DNA of 64,000 nucleotides from Marsupella aquatica. Its lineage: Eukaryota > Plantae > Marchantiophyta. Positions 24,034-37,206 of the stretch are shown piece by piece. Under the pieces are notes generated by a model. That model was not told where the DNA came from and searched no databases. It saw nothing but the letters and a program-made list of their open reading frames with translations. The stretch's first letter is position 1. Each line of letters begins with the position of its first letter. The position numbers were made by a program, and so were the translations under genes. The DNA is taken from assembly GCA_973895155.1 (NCBI GenBank), contig OZ316898.1:17722752-17786751 (forward strand). The letters are read 5' to 3'.

Positions 24034-24959
24034 AACATTGAACCTTAGACAAATGAGTCTCAACTCAAGTAAACTATCACACAACCATGTGTCTCTTGGC
24101 TTACTCCTCTATTTATTAGGTTTTATTTTTCACATAAGTAAACTGCTCCTTTCAAGAAAAAGAAAGTTCTCAAAGTCCTTTGGAGACTGGTGGGGGTTTC
24201 CAAGGCTTGTTCCACAGCATGAAGAGTCTCTCCGATTGTCACACTGCATTTTGTTGACCAGAGTGGTAAACTGACTATAGTTATTGGGGACTCTGAATTT
24301 TCCAAAATAGTCAGTTGGAAATTTAGCATAATTATTTAGAGCTCTCTTGCATGTACCTGGCCTTTAAAATTCCCTCAATTTTTTACATAAAGCCCTGACC
24401 TCAGGATTATCTTGTCTTCTTTCCTCAAAGGTCAGGATTGCAAGGGACGGATGGAAACTTGCAATTCACCCATGCTAACCCGGTTGAATCTTACTTTACC
24501 TTGGACCAGGTTCCCCCATCCAAACTCACTGGAATATGAGTGTCCACTACTGTTTAAGAGCAAAAACTATTGCATTTTGGTCCCCTCCCCGTTCCCTTTA
24601 AGGTCATAGCGGATAATATTGGACAAATTATGAGCCTCAATGTGTACCAGACCAATTACGTGACATCTCAGGTTAGTCTAGTCTGGTTAAGAGAACCCAC
24701 ATATAAAATAGAGGGCTACCTGGTACTCAAATTAGTTTTGGAGACGGGTTTGTAATTTTGACTAGATTGGGGATAGGAGAGTGAGAGCTATTTTCCAAAA
24801 CCTACAGTTCAATCCATTCAGTTGGAAATATAGCAAATCTACCAGGAGAAAAATTTGTTTCATTGGGGCCAATGCAGATCCAATTTTGAAAACTTAATGG
24901 CTGACCATTGGAGGGGCCTGGTTTAGGGTCAATTCTCCAAGGGATTAAGGGTTGAGATC

Positions 24960-25110
24960 TGCAAGTCTCCAGAGATATATACTTGATGGACCCCCAAAAT
25001 AAAAAAATGTTACTTGATGGACCCCATGAGTGATCCAGACCATTGATAGACCTTAATCAATGTACCCAAACTCTCATGAGGCCTAGTGGGGCCCATCAAG
25101 TGTATCTCTT
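24960..25110. repeat. Fold-back (MITE-like) copy of the 23-kb repeat family
   Basis: Inverted repeat AGAGATATATACTTGATGGACCC / GGGCCCATCAAGTGTATCTCT. Confidence 0.55.
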
Positions 25111-25119
25111 CAAGTAGTC

Positions 25120-25500
25120 TCCAGGTGGCTTCACAAGAAGTGGGACACTAGTGACTTTTTCACCAAAACAAGCTGGAGGACCACTTCTTGTTCACAAGAT
25201 AGACTGCAGACCAAAATTCTTTCAAAATGAAGTTTAATAAATGCATATGGCTTGAATAAAGGAGCCAAAGTTTGGAACTGTTTGGACCACCTGGGCCAGG
25301 TGGTCCAACTCAAATCTAGAGGGGATAGGGACTCCAGATCTCCAGGTGTTGGGGTGGCTGTACAAGAAGTAGAGACACTTGTGACTTTTTTCACAGGAGA
25401 AAACTGCATGGCCACTTCTTGTTTTTTTAAAAGCATAATCAAAACCAGAAATCTTTTGAATTGAAGTTCAACACATGCAAATCCCTTGAAAGAGAGATTC
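25120..25500. repeat. Two diverged ~220-bp tandem units
   Basis: CTCCAGGTG..ACAAGAAGT..GACACT.GTGACTTTTTTCAC..CCACTTCTTGTT..TGAAGTT occurs at ~25120 and ~25340. Confidence 0.7.
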
Positions 25501-27738
25501 ACATTGCTTCAATAATAATCTTTTAGCTAAATGCTACTTACTTTTTAGTAATCCTTGATCCCTCTGCAATTAGCTTTTGACATATCTTCATGTTCACCGT
25601 GTTGACAGCACTGGTGGTAATTATGGAGCGTACACTTTCGAGATGCAGGGAAAATCGCCTGTTTAGGATTCACAAATTACCAGAACATGACAGAGCACGA
25701 CCACAACCTACCACGGCGAGGGGAAAATAATGTCATTCGTTGAACGTAAGAGTCTTTAAAAAAGTATCAAGACATCAATAATGCACAGGCCTGCTCGATC
25801 AAAGATCCGTTGTGACCATTATTGGTGATAAATTCTCCTGGGCTTCAAAAGGGATATATCTTTCCTTTCACCAATTCACCCTTTGTCTCGAAATCATGAA
25901 TTGATTGCAGCACTCTCCTGGGGTCTAGTTGTGGAAGGCGCACCTTTACATGATGTGTTGTTTATCTGCTTGGAAACACCCCTGGGATTGCTTTCCTTAC
26001 ATGTGCTCTTCGTCTTCTTTTTGGAAAGATCAATATGAAAGCAAAGGGGACATCAAGGTTGACGAGAAGGAATCAAGTGCAACCTTCACTTTTCTTTCCA
26101 CGTGTCACCCTCATGGAAATAAAACCAACGAACTAACCCAGCAAACAGGCAAGAGAGTTATTATCAATCCACAGGTAGAAGCCAGAGAGAAAGTGTGTGG
26201 TCGAAATGTGATGATTTGGACAAAGGGGCAAAGCCTTTGAACCCTTATAGAAAGAATTCTTACCAGCATATTTTTTAAGGGTTTTGCTTTTTCCCAAGAG
26301 TGGCCAAAATCCTCCTTATCTGATTAATTTCCTCACCATCAGATCTCCCTAGATTTAAGGGTGACCATTAGATTCTGGCTAAAGGGGCATGTGATTAGGT
26401 GAGACACTGGCTAATGAGAAAAAAATTACTAGCAATTTTTTGCCAAAAGTGGCGAAATCTTTTTGGGGAGGTGGAATTTGGCAAATTTTTGCCACTAAAA
26501 AAAAACCTGATTTTTACCAAGTGCAGGAAAATTTGTAACTGTTAATTCATTCTCTCAACCAAACCTACAAGTTCCCAAACCTCAAATAAACACTCCAGCA
26601 CTCTCAGAAGTGATACATGAGTGTGGCGAGAAGGATCCGAGTTATTCCATCCACGAAATAACACTCGTATATACTGAGCTAGTGAATTGGTTATCTTGGC
26701 CAAGCACCATTATGTTGTGGAAGGGCGGCCTTGTAGTGCAAAACACCTCCACATGGATTAGTTATCTTGGATGAGTACCCTTAGCAGTGACTAGCACAAC
26801 ACTGTGCGTTTTGGCATCGATTGTCCCAGTATCATTGGTTTAGTAATCTTTCCCAAAAAAACTAAAACTAAACTGCAGATGAAAATTTTGGTGCGAAAAC
26901 AAAATTAAATTAAAACCTAAAATATGAGGAAAAAGGTCATTGTTTCACCTTAACAAATTAAGTCTTTGTTTTGGGTTTGTTTGAATACAATATATTGTCT
27001 CTTTTTCCACAAAAAAAAACTAAACCGCAGATGAAGAATTTATATGCCAGATAAACTAAGACTGCAAAGCTAAATATAAAATCACCGCTCATTCGGGTTT
27101 TAGGTTTTATGTTACTGTCCTTAAGAACTCTCTTAGGATCTCTTAGCTTATTTAGCTGTTTGAACTTACCTGGGTTATTCCCTTGTTTCTCTCCTTTTTG
27201 GGGTCTCTTGCCTTGTGTGAGGAATAGTGTCTCCCCTTTTGTTTTCTTGGCAGTAAAACTTTCTAAAGGTACATGAGTCCCATTTTACCTTAAAAACGTT
27301 TTTCCAAACAAGAGACACCATTTGAGATTGGAATAGATTCACTCGTGGAGTCGACCATCACTCTTTTCTAGACACCTTTATGAGATTGGACTAGATTCCA
27401 TCATGAAGCGGCCCGTTATACTTTTCGTTGTTGAACAGGAGGGGAGAAAAGATGAAAAAGAAATGGGGACTTGGAAATGGAACTTGGAAAGATTCCAATT
27501 CCACGTTCTTCCAGTTTGACTTTGAGCTGGCACCCTTTTTTTATGTTGGAGACCTTTCACGAATTCGCTCGTACACTTTGTTGAGCATTAGCTTTTTGCA
27601 TGGAGGAACCTCATATCTGGAGTTGTAATGAATATTATTGTGTCGTCTCCTGTAATTCAATCCGTTGAACAACGTTGCCGTCACAATCATGAACAGCCCT
27701 CACAATCATGAACAGCCCTCCCCAGCCGTAAGTATTAA

Positions 27739-28297
27739 GAGCATCTCCAAGCGTAGTGTTGTCAGGAAAGGCTACCGCTACTGTGTTTCACAATTGCATA
27801 TATTTGGCAGTGACACACTCCACGGGCGTCTCCCCTCGAGAATTTTTGGCAATGATGACTATATTAAGTGCCCCCCCCATCTCCATTTCCTGCTAGAACA
27901 ATGGTTATTTGGTTGGTCCGTTGGGAAGCACTGCCCCTCGGCCAACCTGCATATGAATCCTCCCTTCGACAGTCCCCCACCTGCCCTACTTGCAAAACTT
28001 CATTGCCCTGTAAATCGATTTCCGATCGTATTGTCCAAACACCATGTGGCAGCGTCTGTTTGAAGGTCAGGCTTGTGTCAGAAAACAGGAGATCGGGTAT
28101 GTGACAAGCTTGACCCCTGCCTGTGCTGGTCAATTGTGCATTGGTAACCTGCCGGAGGGTTTGGGAATGGTGGTCAATTTCGTGTGTGACCGGTAGGCTT
28201 TGGTGAGTTTGCAGCCATCTGCATATTGGGGGCCTTGGCCTGGACTGCAAATGGGGCTTTCTGGTGGATTTCGGCTATTAGACCGCTGGAGATGCTC
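27739..28297. mobile_element. Non-autonomous PIF/Harbinger (Tourist-like) MITE
   Basis: TIRs are GAGCATCTCCAAGCG and CGCTGGAGATGCTC. Flanks are TAA / TCA (TNA-type TSD with one mismatch). Confidence 0.75.
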
Positions 28298-28809
28298 TCA
28301 CTTTCCCCTTTTTTCTTTTTGTTTTGATCACCTTTGTCCCTATCAAGGCCACTATTCCTTTGCCTAGGCCCGTGCCTAGATGAACAGTATAGCAGCATTC
28401 TCACTCACTTCCCATCATAGGACCCCCTACCCTTCACTTGGGGGGGGGGGAGGAGTGATTGCTTAAAAACATAACTAGTTTAGGAGTAATTTTTTTTGTG
28501 AAACATGGACCTTGGTGAGATGTAGATTTTGAGCTGCAGATGGCCCCCTATGGTGAGCTAATGAGATGACAATATACAGTATGCTCTTTCACGTACACTA
28601 TTGTACTATGTAAAATGTATACTATGGGTTACTCAAAGTGTTTATTCGGGAATTAACTCTCCCTTGAGCAAGCAGCCCAACTGCATTTTGGACAGGGAAA
28701 CGCCACACTTATTTTTGTTTTCATATAAATTTGTACCACTTAGTATATATTAAACCTGCCTGAGAGGGTTTGGATCACAACCCAAAGTTAAGGTCCAAAA
28801 AAACTGTCT

Positions 28810-28880
28810 GGTCAGGAATTGAACTTGGGACCTGCTGATCACAAATCAGCCTTGCGCATTTGCCTGCCATCGAGGCCCAC
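28810..28880 (-). mobile_element. tRNA-derived (Thr-TGT-like) SINE head or tRNA pseudogene
   Basis: The minus strand has the stem-loop GCTGA-TTTGTGA-TCAGC followed by the B-box-like AGGTCCCAAGTTCAATTCCTG. The D-arm and acceptor stem are not intact. Confidence 0.5.
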
Positions 28881-29083
28881 TCCAGTGATTTTCAATTCAT
28901 GCCTCTCAAACTTTCGGTGTACACCACAAATGTCCATAATAATGGCGCCTACAACGATGGAGGAACATACTGTAGATGGGAAAGCACTCCTCATTATTAA
29001 ACTCCTTTCGAGTACCGGCCCATCCCCCAAGTGAACCAAAAGTGCCATTTTAGCCTCTTTACGCTGCAATAATAATCGCATGC

Positions 29084-29315
29084 ATGCAGAACGTCAAACA
29101 CAAATTATTCAGAAGGTTTGGATAGTTATATTCCTGTCTACGTGATTAAAAAGGAAACAGACATGCAGACAATCAAACACAAAGGATATGGAAGGTTGTT
29201 ACCATAACGTTCCTCTATCTGATTATAAGCAGAAAGACATGCAGTACGTCAAACACAAAGAATATCGAAGGTTACAATAAAGTTCCTGTTTGCCCAATTG
29301 AAAAGGAGAAAGACA
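29084..29315. repeat. 3 x ~77-bp tandem repeat
   Basis: Units of ATGCAG..TCAAACACAAA..GAAGGTT..TTCCT..AGAC. Confidence 0.8.
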
Positions 29316-30923
29316 CAACCCTACTTGTCACCAGTATGTCCATTGTGGTCCATGAGTGTCTCTTTTCGCCTACAATGAGTGAGAAATTTGGTTGGTGGGT
29401 CGACCTGAGAGTGGAAATATCCTTGGTGGGGTAACACTTAGGTAACACTTTTGGAAGTTTAGGGGGACTTTACGAGAAGAGAGGACAAAGATTGACCCAC
29501 CACTTGTGTTTTACCAACTTGATCCACAGGTTCATTTATATGGCCTACTATGCAATAAGGGAGGTCGGGTAGTATATTTCCATACTGTAATGACACAATG
29601 AGGAGAGACTGCGAGATCCTTTCAATGTACCACCTCAAGAGTGGTCTACACTGTTGCAAACATTTTTGGGGACACACTCCAACACATGTAGGATTAGGCC
29701 ACTTAGGATTGAGAGGATTCTTGTACAAGTGACTTCTCAATCTTTGACATGTAAAAGTTTGTCCAGTGGTTAAGGCCCCCATACTTGGTAGGTGTAAAGA
29801 GTATTTCCACAGAAGGCCAATATGTCATCTGTCAAATCACCAGAAATCTGGCCAAAACCACCCCTGGTATCAAGCAAATGCAGGTGTAAATGACACCCCA
29901 TTCTGCATCCCTGCCCTTGCCTTTCGCAGCTAAAAGTGGCTTAGTTAAAAGTTCTACCGGCACCTAGACCACCCATTAAGTGGTTGCACCATTACTTTCA
30001 ATTCATTGTAACAGATTCTGCTCGTTGCATCAGCAGTTCTATCAACATTTGTGCATAGAAGATGTGGAAGCATTGGTCGGGTAAACAAAAGTAGCAGTGA
30101 CAGACTCTTCTGGACTGCAAGGAGCAACTCTTTCTCCATTGCAGGGCTCAAAGAGCAAGGCCTGTCAAGGTGCTCACAGTTCATTGTGGCACCCATATTG
30201 CATATGGATATCAGATGCAACAGGAATTTTACTCTTGCCTGCCATTCAGGTTGCCATGACAACCAAGAGCTCTAAGTGAAGGCCCATTGTATGTTACTCG
30301 AGAGGAATCACGGCTGCAGTCGACATGAGATGAAGTCTTGTTTTTAATTAAATGCAATGCTCTTTCTTGCACACAAGAGAAGATGGCAGGGAGGGAATTG
30401 GTTTCTTGGTACACGTTCACGGCACTACATTTGAGAATAAGGGAATATACAGATTTCTCGAACAGTACTTTGAAGAACATTGAAGATATCAAACACCAGG
30501 TTATAAGGGCCATGATAAACTGGGTTGTGGTAGGGTGTCTCTTTCAGGGGAAGTACCCTTTTATAAAATCCACACTATGTCCCCAAATATATATAGAACC
30601 ATCCGGAGAAACTTCCAAGTCTCCTTGGCTCAAGAGATACTGCTTACAGTTACATGTTGAACACTGTTCTTTTGCACCTTGGATACCAATTCAACTCACT
30701 ACAGTAGGTTGTTCAAGTAGAGGTGCAACAAGGCTTTACTTTCCAAGGAATGGACTCAAATAATAATAATTCATATGGGTTGCATGAAATACGTGCATGT
30801 TTTCCAGATCTTTACACCTTTGCCTATCCTGATGACACACGCTCACTATGGAATGACATCTTGCAGACATGCACAATGTACTTGAATAAAAAATAACTTT
30901 CAGCCCATAGATAATTTTTGTTT

Positions 30924-31028
30924 ATTGTCTTCCTTTGTACAATCTAGCATGTCTAAGTGCAGGCTCCCAGAAGACTTGCACTTATCTATTGTCTTCCTTT
31001 GTACAATCTAGCATGTCTAAGTGCAGGG
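30924..31028. repeat. Short tandem duplication (~40-bp identical core)
   Basis: TATTGTCTTCCTTTGTACAATCTAGCATGTCTAAGTGCAGG occurs twice. Confidence 0.85.
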
Positions 31029-31639
31029 AGTTAAGTTTATGCACTCCTGGGTATGCTCATGACTACAAAACTGCAACTGATGCAGTTTATCCTATATATA
31101 TCAAACTGCCTGAAAAAAACAGGCACAAGCCTGTTCAAGAGCTTAGATAAAGAAATTAGGGCATCACCACCCGTGCGGACTACCATCAGCCCGACCTCCA
31201 TGCTCAATCACTCCAATGTTGGGTTCTGGCATTGAGATGACATCATGAGCCTGCTGTTAGGTCCTGCATCCTAAAGTCCTCATCACCCTAAACTTTCTTA
31301 CAGCCCCATACAAACTGAATAGGTGCATGTACTTACTCTAACTATGATTGAAACTCTGTTGATAAAAACATATTTTGTATTGTTGCAATAACTGATAAAT
31401 GCATGTATACACTTACAGGTGGAAACATACTTATGTATTTGTGGTTTAATGAAGGTCAAGACGCACTTTTGAAAACTGCATTTTTTGAGCCTGTAATATC
31501 AGGGAACTACAGTACATGAATCCACAAAATGCAATTCTAAATGATGCACTTAGACAGGGTGAAGTATATATCTTCAAGACTTTGTACAAAATAGTACCCT
31601 CTCCTTCGCTCCCCCAACTCCCTTTCACCATCTCCTGTA

Positions 31640-32677
31640 GCTCTTGAACTGATGAAAAATGACCTTAAAAAGATTAATTCATTCTTGGAATTTTCTTTGC
31701 CCTCAACAATATTGAAAATAAGTTTACCCTTCTTTCCTCTCAAGCTTCATATCACAAAATTTACTCTGGAAATAATTTTTTCTTGCTCCATACTTGAAAA
31801 ATCAAATCTCGAAATTCTACCCTTTATGCTGGCCCTAGATCTGGACCCTGGTAGGCTCTGCTTCTAAACTCATGGAAAATGACTCTAGGAAAAACAAATT
31901 CATTCCAGAATTTTTCTTAGCCCTCGACAATATTGAAAATAAGTTACCCTTCTTTCCTCTCAAGCTTTATGCCCAAAATTTACTCCTTAAAGAATCTCTT
32001 CATGCTCGATTTTTGAAAAATCAAATCTCGAAATTCCCCCCTTCATGCTGGCCCTATATCTAGGCCCTGGTAGGCTCTGCTTCTCAACTCATGGAAAATG
32101 ACTCTAGGAAAAACAAATTCATTCCAGAAATTTTTGTTTGCCCCTCGACAATAATGAAACTAAGTTACCCTTGTTTCCACTCAAGCCCAAAATTTACTAC
32201 GGCAAGAATCGCTTCATGCTCGATTTTTGAAAAATCAAATCTCGAAATTCCCCCCTTCCTGCTGGCCCTAGATTTAGACCCTGGTAGGCTCTGCTTATGA
32301 ACTCATGGAAAATGACTCTAGGAAAAACAAATTCATTCTAAAAATTATCTTTGGCCTCGACGATATTGAAAATAAGTTACCCTTTTTCCCTCTGGAAAGA
32401 ATCTCTTCATGCCCGATTTTTGAAAAATCAAATCTCGAAATTCCCCCCTTCATGCTGGCCCTAGCTTTAGACCCTTGTAGGCTCTGCTTCTGAACTCATG
32501 GAAAATGACTTTAGGAAAAACAAATTCAGTCTAGGAATTATCTTTGCCCTCGACAATATTGAAAACAATTTACCCTTCTTTCCTCTGGAAACAATCTCTT
32601 CATGCCCGATTTTTGAAAAATCAAATCTCGAAATTCCTCCCTTCATGCTGGCCCTAAATTTAGGCCCTGGTAGGCTC
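31640..32677 (+). repeat. 5 x 190-220-bp tandem repeat
   Basis: Units start ATG(G/A)AAAATGAC at 31652, 31872, 32091, 32305 and 32498, and share GAAAAATCAAATCTCGAAATTC..GCTGGCCCTA..GTAGGCTCT. Confidence 0.95.
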
Positions 32678-34284
32678 TTGTCGGTTTCGCCGTCCTTATC
32701 GTGTTCTTTATCGTCTCAGGACCAGCCCGCCAAAAGGCCCGCCATCGTCATCCCCTCCGCTAACTTTCCGCCCGCCCTCAAAGGCCGCGTCGGTTGTTCG
32801 CACCCTCCACCAGTCCACCGTACCTGCCGACCAGGCCTCACCCCCGCCGGCTCCGGTCTCAACACGCACCGTCCAGATTCGCATCGGAGGGTGAGAGCTG
32901 ACCACCGAACCGAACTCTGTTAGGCACAGGCTCGTCCACGGTCGTGTCACCCACTGTAGCAGACTGTGATTTCGCAGGCACTTCCGCTCGGTGGCGACAC
33001 CATGGCACCATGGTCATTAACGAAATAAATAGAATTATTCTGGTAATCAAGTTTACTGTAGTGCCTTGCTGGTTCGTGCAGGCGAACTATAACTACAGTA
33101 GTTTTCATCACTAATTGACTTGAGTTGCGCGAACCATAATTAGTTCTCATTCACTAATTGACTATTATTCTTCTGGTTTTTAATTCTAGAAATAACGCGT
33201 ATCATGAAAAGTCAGTGTTTACGCAAGATTTAGAAACCATCCCTTGATATTAGTGGTGCCCTAAAATATCATCTTATTGATTTATGTGTACTTCCGGGAA
33301 AATACAATATCGCATTTGATGCCATTGGAGGAAAAGCAACTCGAAGTAATAATTATTAAGAATGATAAGGTGGGATTACAGCATTATTCCATAATTACTC
33401 CGTGATTCCAGCTCGACATGAATTATTCCCACCACACCAAAGCGTTCCCAATTTATGCTGCTGGTTGTTGGAATTTAATTCTGGTTAATATTTGACACAT
33501 CCATGCTTTGTGGAAGTGTGGTAGGGAATAGTGTCCAGAATTGGACAGAAATATTTATTGCTTTTAAGTTATCACTGCAGTGGTCTAATTTGAGGTTTGT
33601 GCAAATTCTACTCATTTTGGAAGACATTAAGTGATAGAATGTCCCAATAAATGAGAGTCTCAATTCGAGTTTTGAGTGGTTACTTAAGCCCAAAATGCTC
33701 AGGAAACTTAACACCTGAGAGATTTTTGATTTCTCTAGGTTTCATAAAACTACATAGTATTCCTAAAGAGTTGATGCAGACTTTAAGGGGGCACTATGTT
33801 CCCAGAATGGAGAGATATATTTAATGGACTTTCAAACGCAACTTTTTGACTCAACAGACTAAAAGTCGCACACTCTCTCCCAGTGGACCTCTGGACCCAC
33901 CAAAGGTACCATTTGGTGTGAGATGTTCTTCTAACGCACTGTGCAATCCTTATAACACGAGATTGTCATTATTATAAAACACGGCATGTTCTATTGTTCT
34001 TCATGTCCCATTACGTCACCCAAGACGGTCAACTACAATAGCAGTTCCAAGTGAATCGATGTATTGACATTGTATACATTGACCACAATACATACAAAAA
34101 TTAACCGTTATGTCAAACAAACCATACGCCGTGTGGTCACACGACAACATAGAGTCTCGCAACTAGATCTTTTATACATTAACATCATTGTATACAAAGA
34201 CCACAATGTATGATGAACAAGGCATCCTCTGACCACAACATATACAAAGCAGTGTAGACATTGATGTATAACAAATGTATTATA

Positions 34285-35195
34285 TTATACCCGTGCGTTG
34301 CACAAAAGAAGTCGTGTCGGCCAAGATGTCATTGAGAAAAAAAAGATGTCGTGTAAGCCAAGAGGTCGTGGAGAGAAAAAATGTCATGTCGGCCAAGAGG
34401 TGGTTGAGAGAAAAAAAAAATGTCATGTTGGCCAAGAGGTCGTTGAAAAAAAAGTTGTCATGTCGGCCAAGATGTCGTGTCGGCAAAGACATCATTGAGA
34501 GAAAATATGTCGTGTCGGCCAAGACATCGTTGAGGGAAATTACGCATGCATTGCACAAAAGATGTCGTTAAGAAAAAAAATGTTGTGTCGCCCAAAATAT
34601 CATTAAAATAAGGATATCATGGCGCCCAAGATATTGTTAAGAAAACAGATGTTGTGGCGCCCAAGATGTAGTGTCCCCCAAGATGTCACTAAGAGAAAAG
34701 TATTGTGGCGCCCAAAATGCTCTTAAGAGAATGATATGTTGTGTTTCCCGAGAATGATGTTCTTATGTGAAAAATGTCATGAAGTAAAAAGATGTTGTTA
34801 AGAAAAAGAAATCATTTTGCAAAAGATGGCATGTTGCCCAAAAGGTCATCAAGTAAAAAATTGTGTCAAATAAGTAGATGTCATGTTGTCAATGATGTCG
34901 TTATGCCAAAGATGTCATTAAGTATTAAGATGTTGTTAAGTATAAAATGGTCAATAGGTAAAGTATGTCATTACTAAACAATGTTATGAAGTAAAAGATG
35001 TTGTTAAGTACATATTGGGCCTGATACCTGTGCATTGCACAAATGATGCATGTTGAGGTGAGAAAATATATCAAGGTGAGAGAAAAGATGTCGATAAGAG
35101 AAAAACATTTCCAGCTGAGAAAAATATATCAAGATGAGCAAAGATCTTGAGGTGAGAAGATCTTAATATGAAGAAAAGATGTCAAGATGAGAAAA
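34285..35195 (-). mobile_element. Stacked Helitron-like 3' ends with AAGATGTC minisatellites
   Basis: Hairpin cores GTGCGTTGCAC (34293), ATGCATTGCAC (34546) and GTGCATTGCAC (35030) are each followed by AAAAGATGTC-type arrays. This is the reverse complement of the 4065-4585 arrangement. Confidence 0.55.
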
Positions 35196-37206
35196 TATTT
35201 TATCTATATTTTATTTATATTTAAAATTATTTCCAAAAAAATAGAATTTTTAATTTATTAATAAATTTAATTAAAATTTGATTAATGTTTTCAATTGTGA
35301 CAGGTATGGGAAGGTTAAAGGGTAGCTTGGGCAGGAACTTATTTTTAGAAGGGATGTATGGATAGATCTTAAAGTGTGAAAACAATTATGTTTTGATAAA
35401 CATTCAAAATTGATTGTCACTTTTTATAGTTGTCACTTTTTATAGTTTGTAAAGGGACTGGATCATGATTGTAGTGGTACATGGTAAAGGGAGGTCTCCT
35501 TGATACTCTTGCATTGCTAGAGACCCTCCTTATTTTCTTTGTACTATTAAATTCATTTTGTGCTTGGAAACATTGCTCTCCATTTTCATTCACAAAAGAA
35601 ATCATTCTTTCATGTTTTTCATTTTGGGAATATTGCAAATTTGAATGACTACTATAATTTAAAAAAGTAACATTTTATTATAGCTTTTGATATGGTCTTT
35701 GTAATCTAACCTATTTTTAATTAACCTATTTTAATTAAATTACTATCATTATTATATTTTGCAATATTAGAATACTTACAATAATATATAGTATCATATA
35801 TATTATGTACTTTTGTATTTCATGTGTATACCCCCTTGATACTCATGCATGTACATTCACTTTCTTGTTTTGTGTGCCCCATTGGTTCTAGCATTGGCTC
35901 CCTACTTTTGTGTCTCCCATTTGATTCCCTGTTTGTTTAGAATGTATTTATCATTTTTTGGTGCACACTAAATTTAATATAATCTTTATTCCTTCTTTTT
36001 GACATGATTAATGTTTTTTGGACACTGCAAATTTGAATGACGACCATTTCATAAAAAGGCGCAACCTTGTATTATAGTTTAGGATATAATAATAATTAAA
36101 TAACTTAGGGTTTAGAGTTAACCTTGGTGTAGGCGCATAAAAGCTAAATAGGCTTACATCTTGAACCAAATACATTCTTGACAATGTATTCAGAGGAGGA
36201 CCTGTGAAATCATTGACATGTTGTAGAATTTTTGCACATTCTTATCATTTTACATGATGTTTTTTTGATGCACATGCTCTACACATGAGCTTGCATGGGA
36301 GGGTCGTGGGTGTTTCCACGCCCCTAATGTGTAAAATACGTTTAAAGTGAACATGTCAGGCATGGAAGACAAATGTCAAGAAACAAACCAAAACACAATG
36401 AAAACAAAACAGGTTCCAAATGGGTTCCATATAGGGCGGGCACATCTGAATTTTGAAAATTCCTTTAAAATTTGTATACATTGTGGACAATGTCTTCATA
36501 ACTTGCAAGCTCCAATGCAGTCATAGAATGATCTGAAAAGCTGAGAGGCCGAGGCACTTCCGTGCTCTGATGCCACCGCAAACTCGTTCAATTGTAGTTT
36601 GATGAGATCTGTGTCTCGAAAATACTTTTGCAAGGAAGAGATTGCAAATTATGTTATGCAAATGCCTACTGGTTGAATGTGGGAAGTCATCCAAATCTCA
36701 TATTGTAATGCCTCTGCATTTCCATTACTGTTCCATGGATCATCCATGAATTCCAGACCTCAGAAAGAAGGGAATGCGATAGAGCAATTTTCTAAGAGGA
36801 ATTCTTTGCAATCGTCTGCTTTCATGCGTTCACGTTACTATTTAGACACCCTCTTTCTTTTGAAATATGGATCTATACTAGGAATCCACTAGTACTGCTG
36901 GGAGGCAAGGGTTGCGAGACTTAAAGGTGCAAATTGATGTACTGGGCAGACAAATCCATGGATAAATCAAGCTTTTCCAGAAACAGCTGCCACAAATGAA
37001 ACTCGTTCTTGCAATCTCCAGTTGTGTCTTACATGCCTTCCTGCTTCCCATCGAGTGTAAGTGACTTATTCCAAGCGTTATCAGTGTGCACAGCTGCTCT
37101 CGATTCGGTGCACTTCTTCATTTCAGAAGTGCTCATATCTTCTCTACAGGAATGATCGTGTTATCCTCTCAGTTGATAAGAGCAGACTCCTAGGAGAGGG
37201 CCAAGC

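Noticed and set aside
26265-27110. hAT/MITE-like fragments (TGGCGAAA, AAAAAAAAACCTG, AAACTAAAC.GCAGATGAA)
   Set aside because: Paired termini could not be defined.
36104-36120. Telomere-like TTAGGGTTTAGAG
   Set aside because: It is too short to be distinguished from chance.
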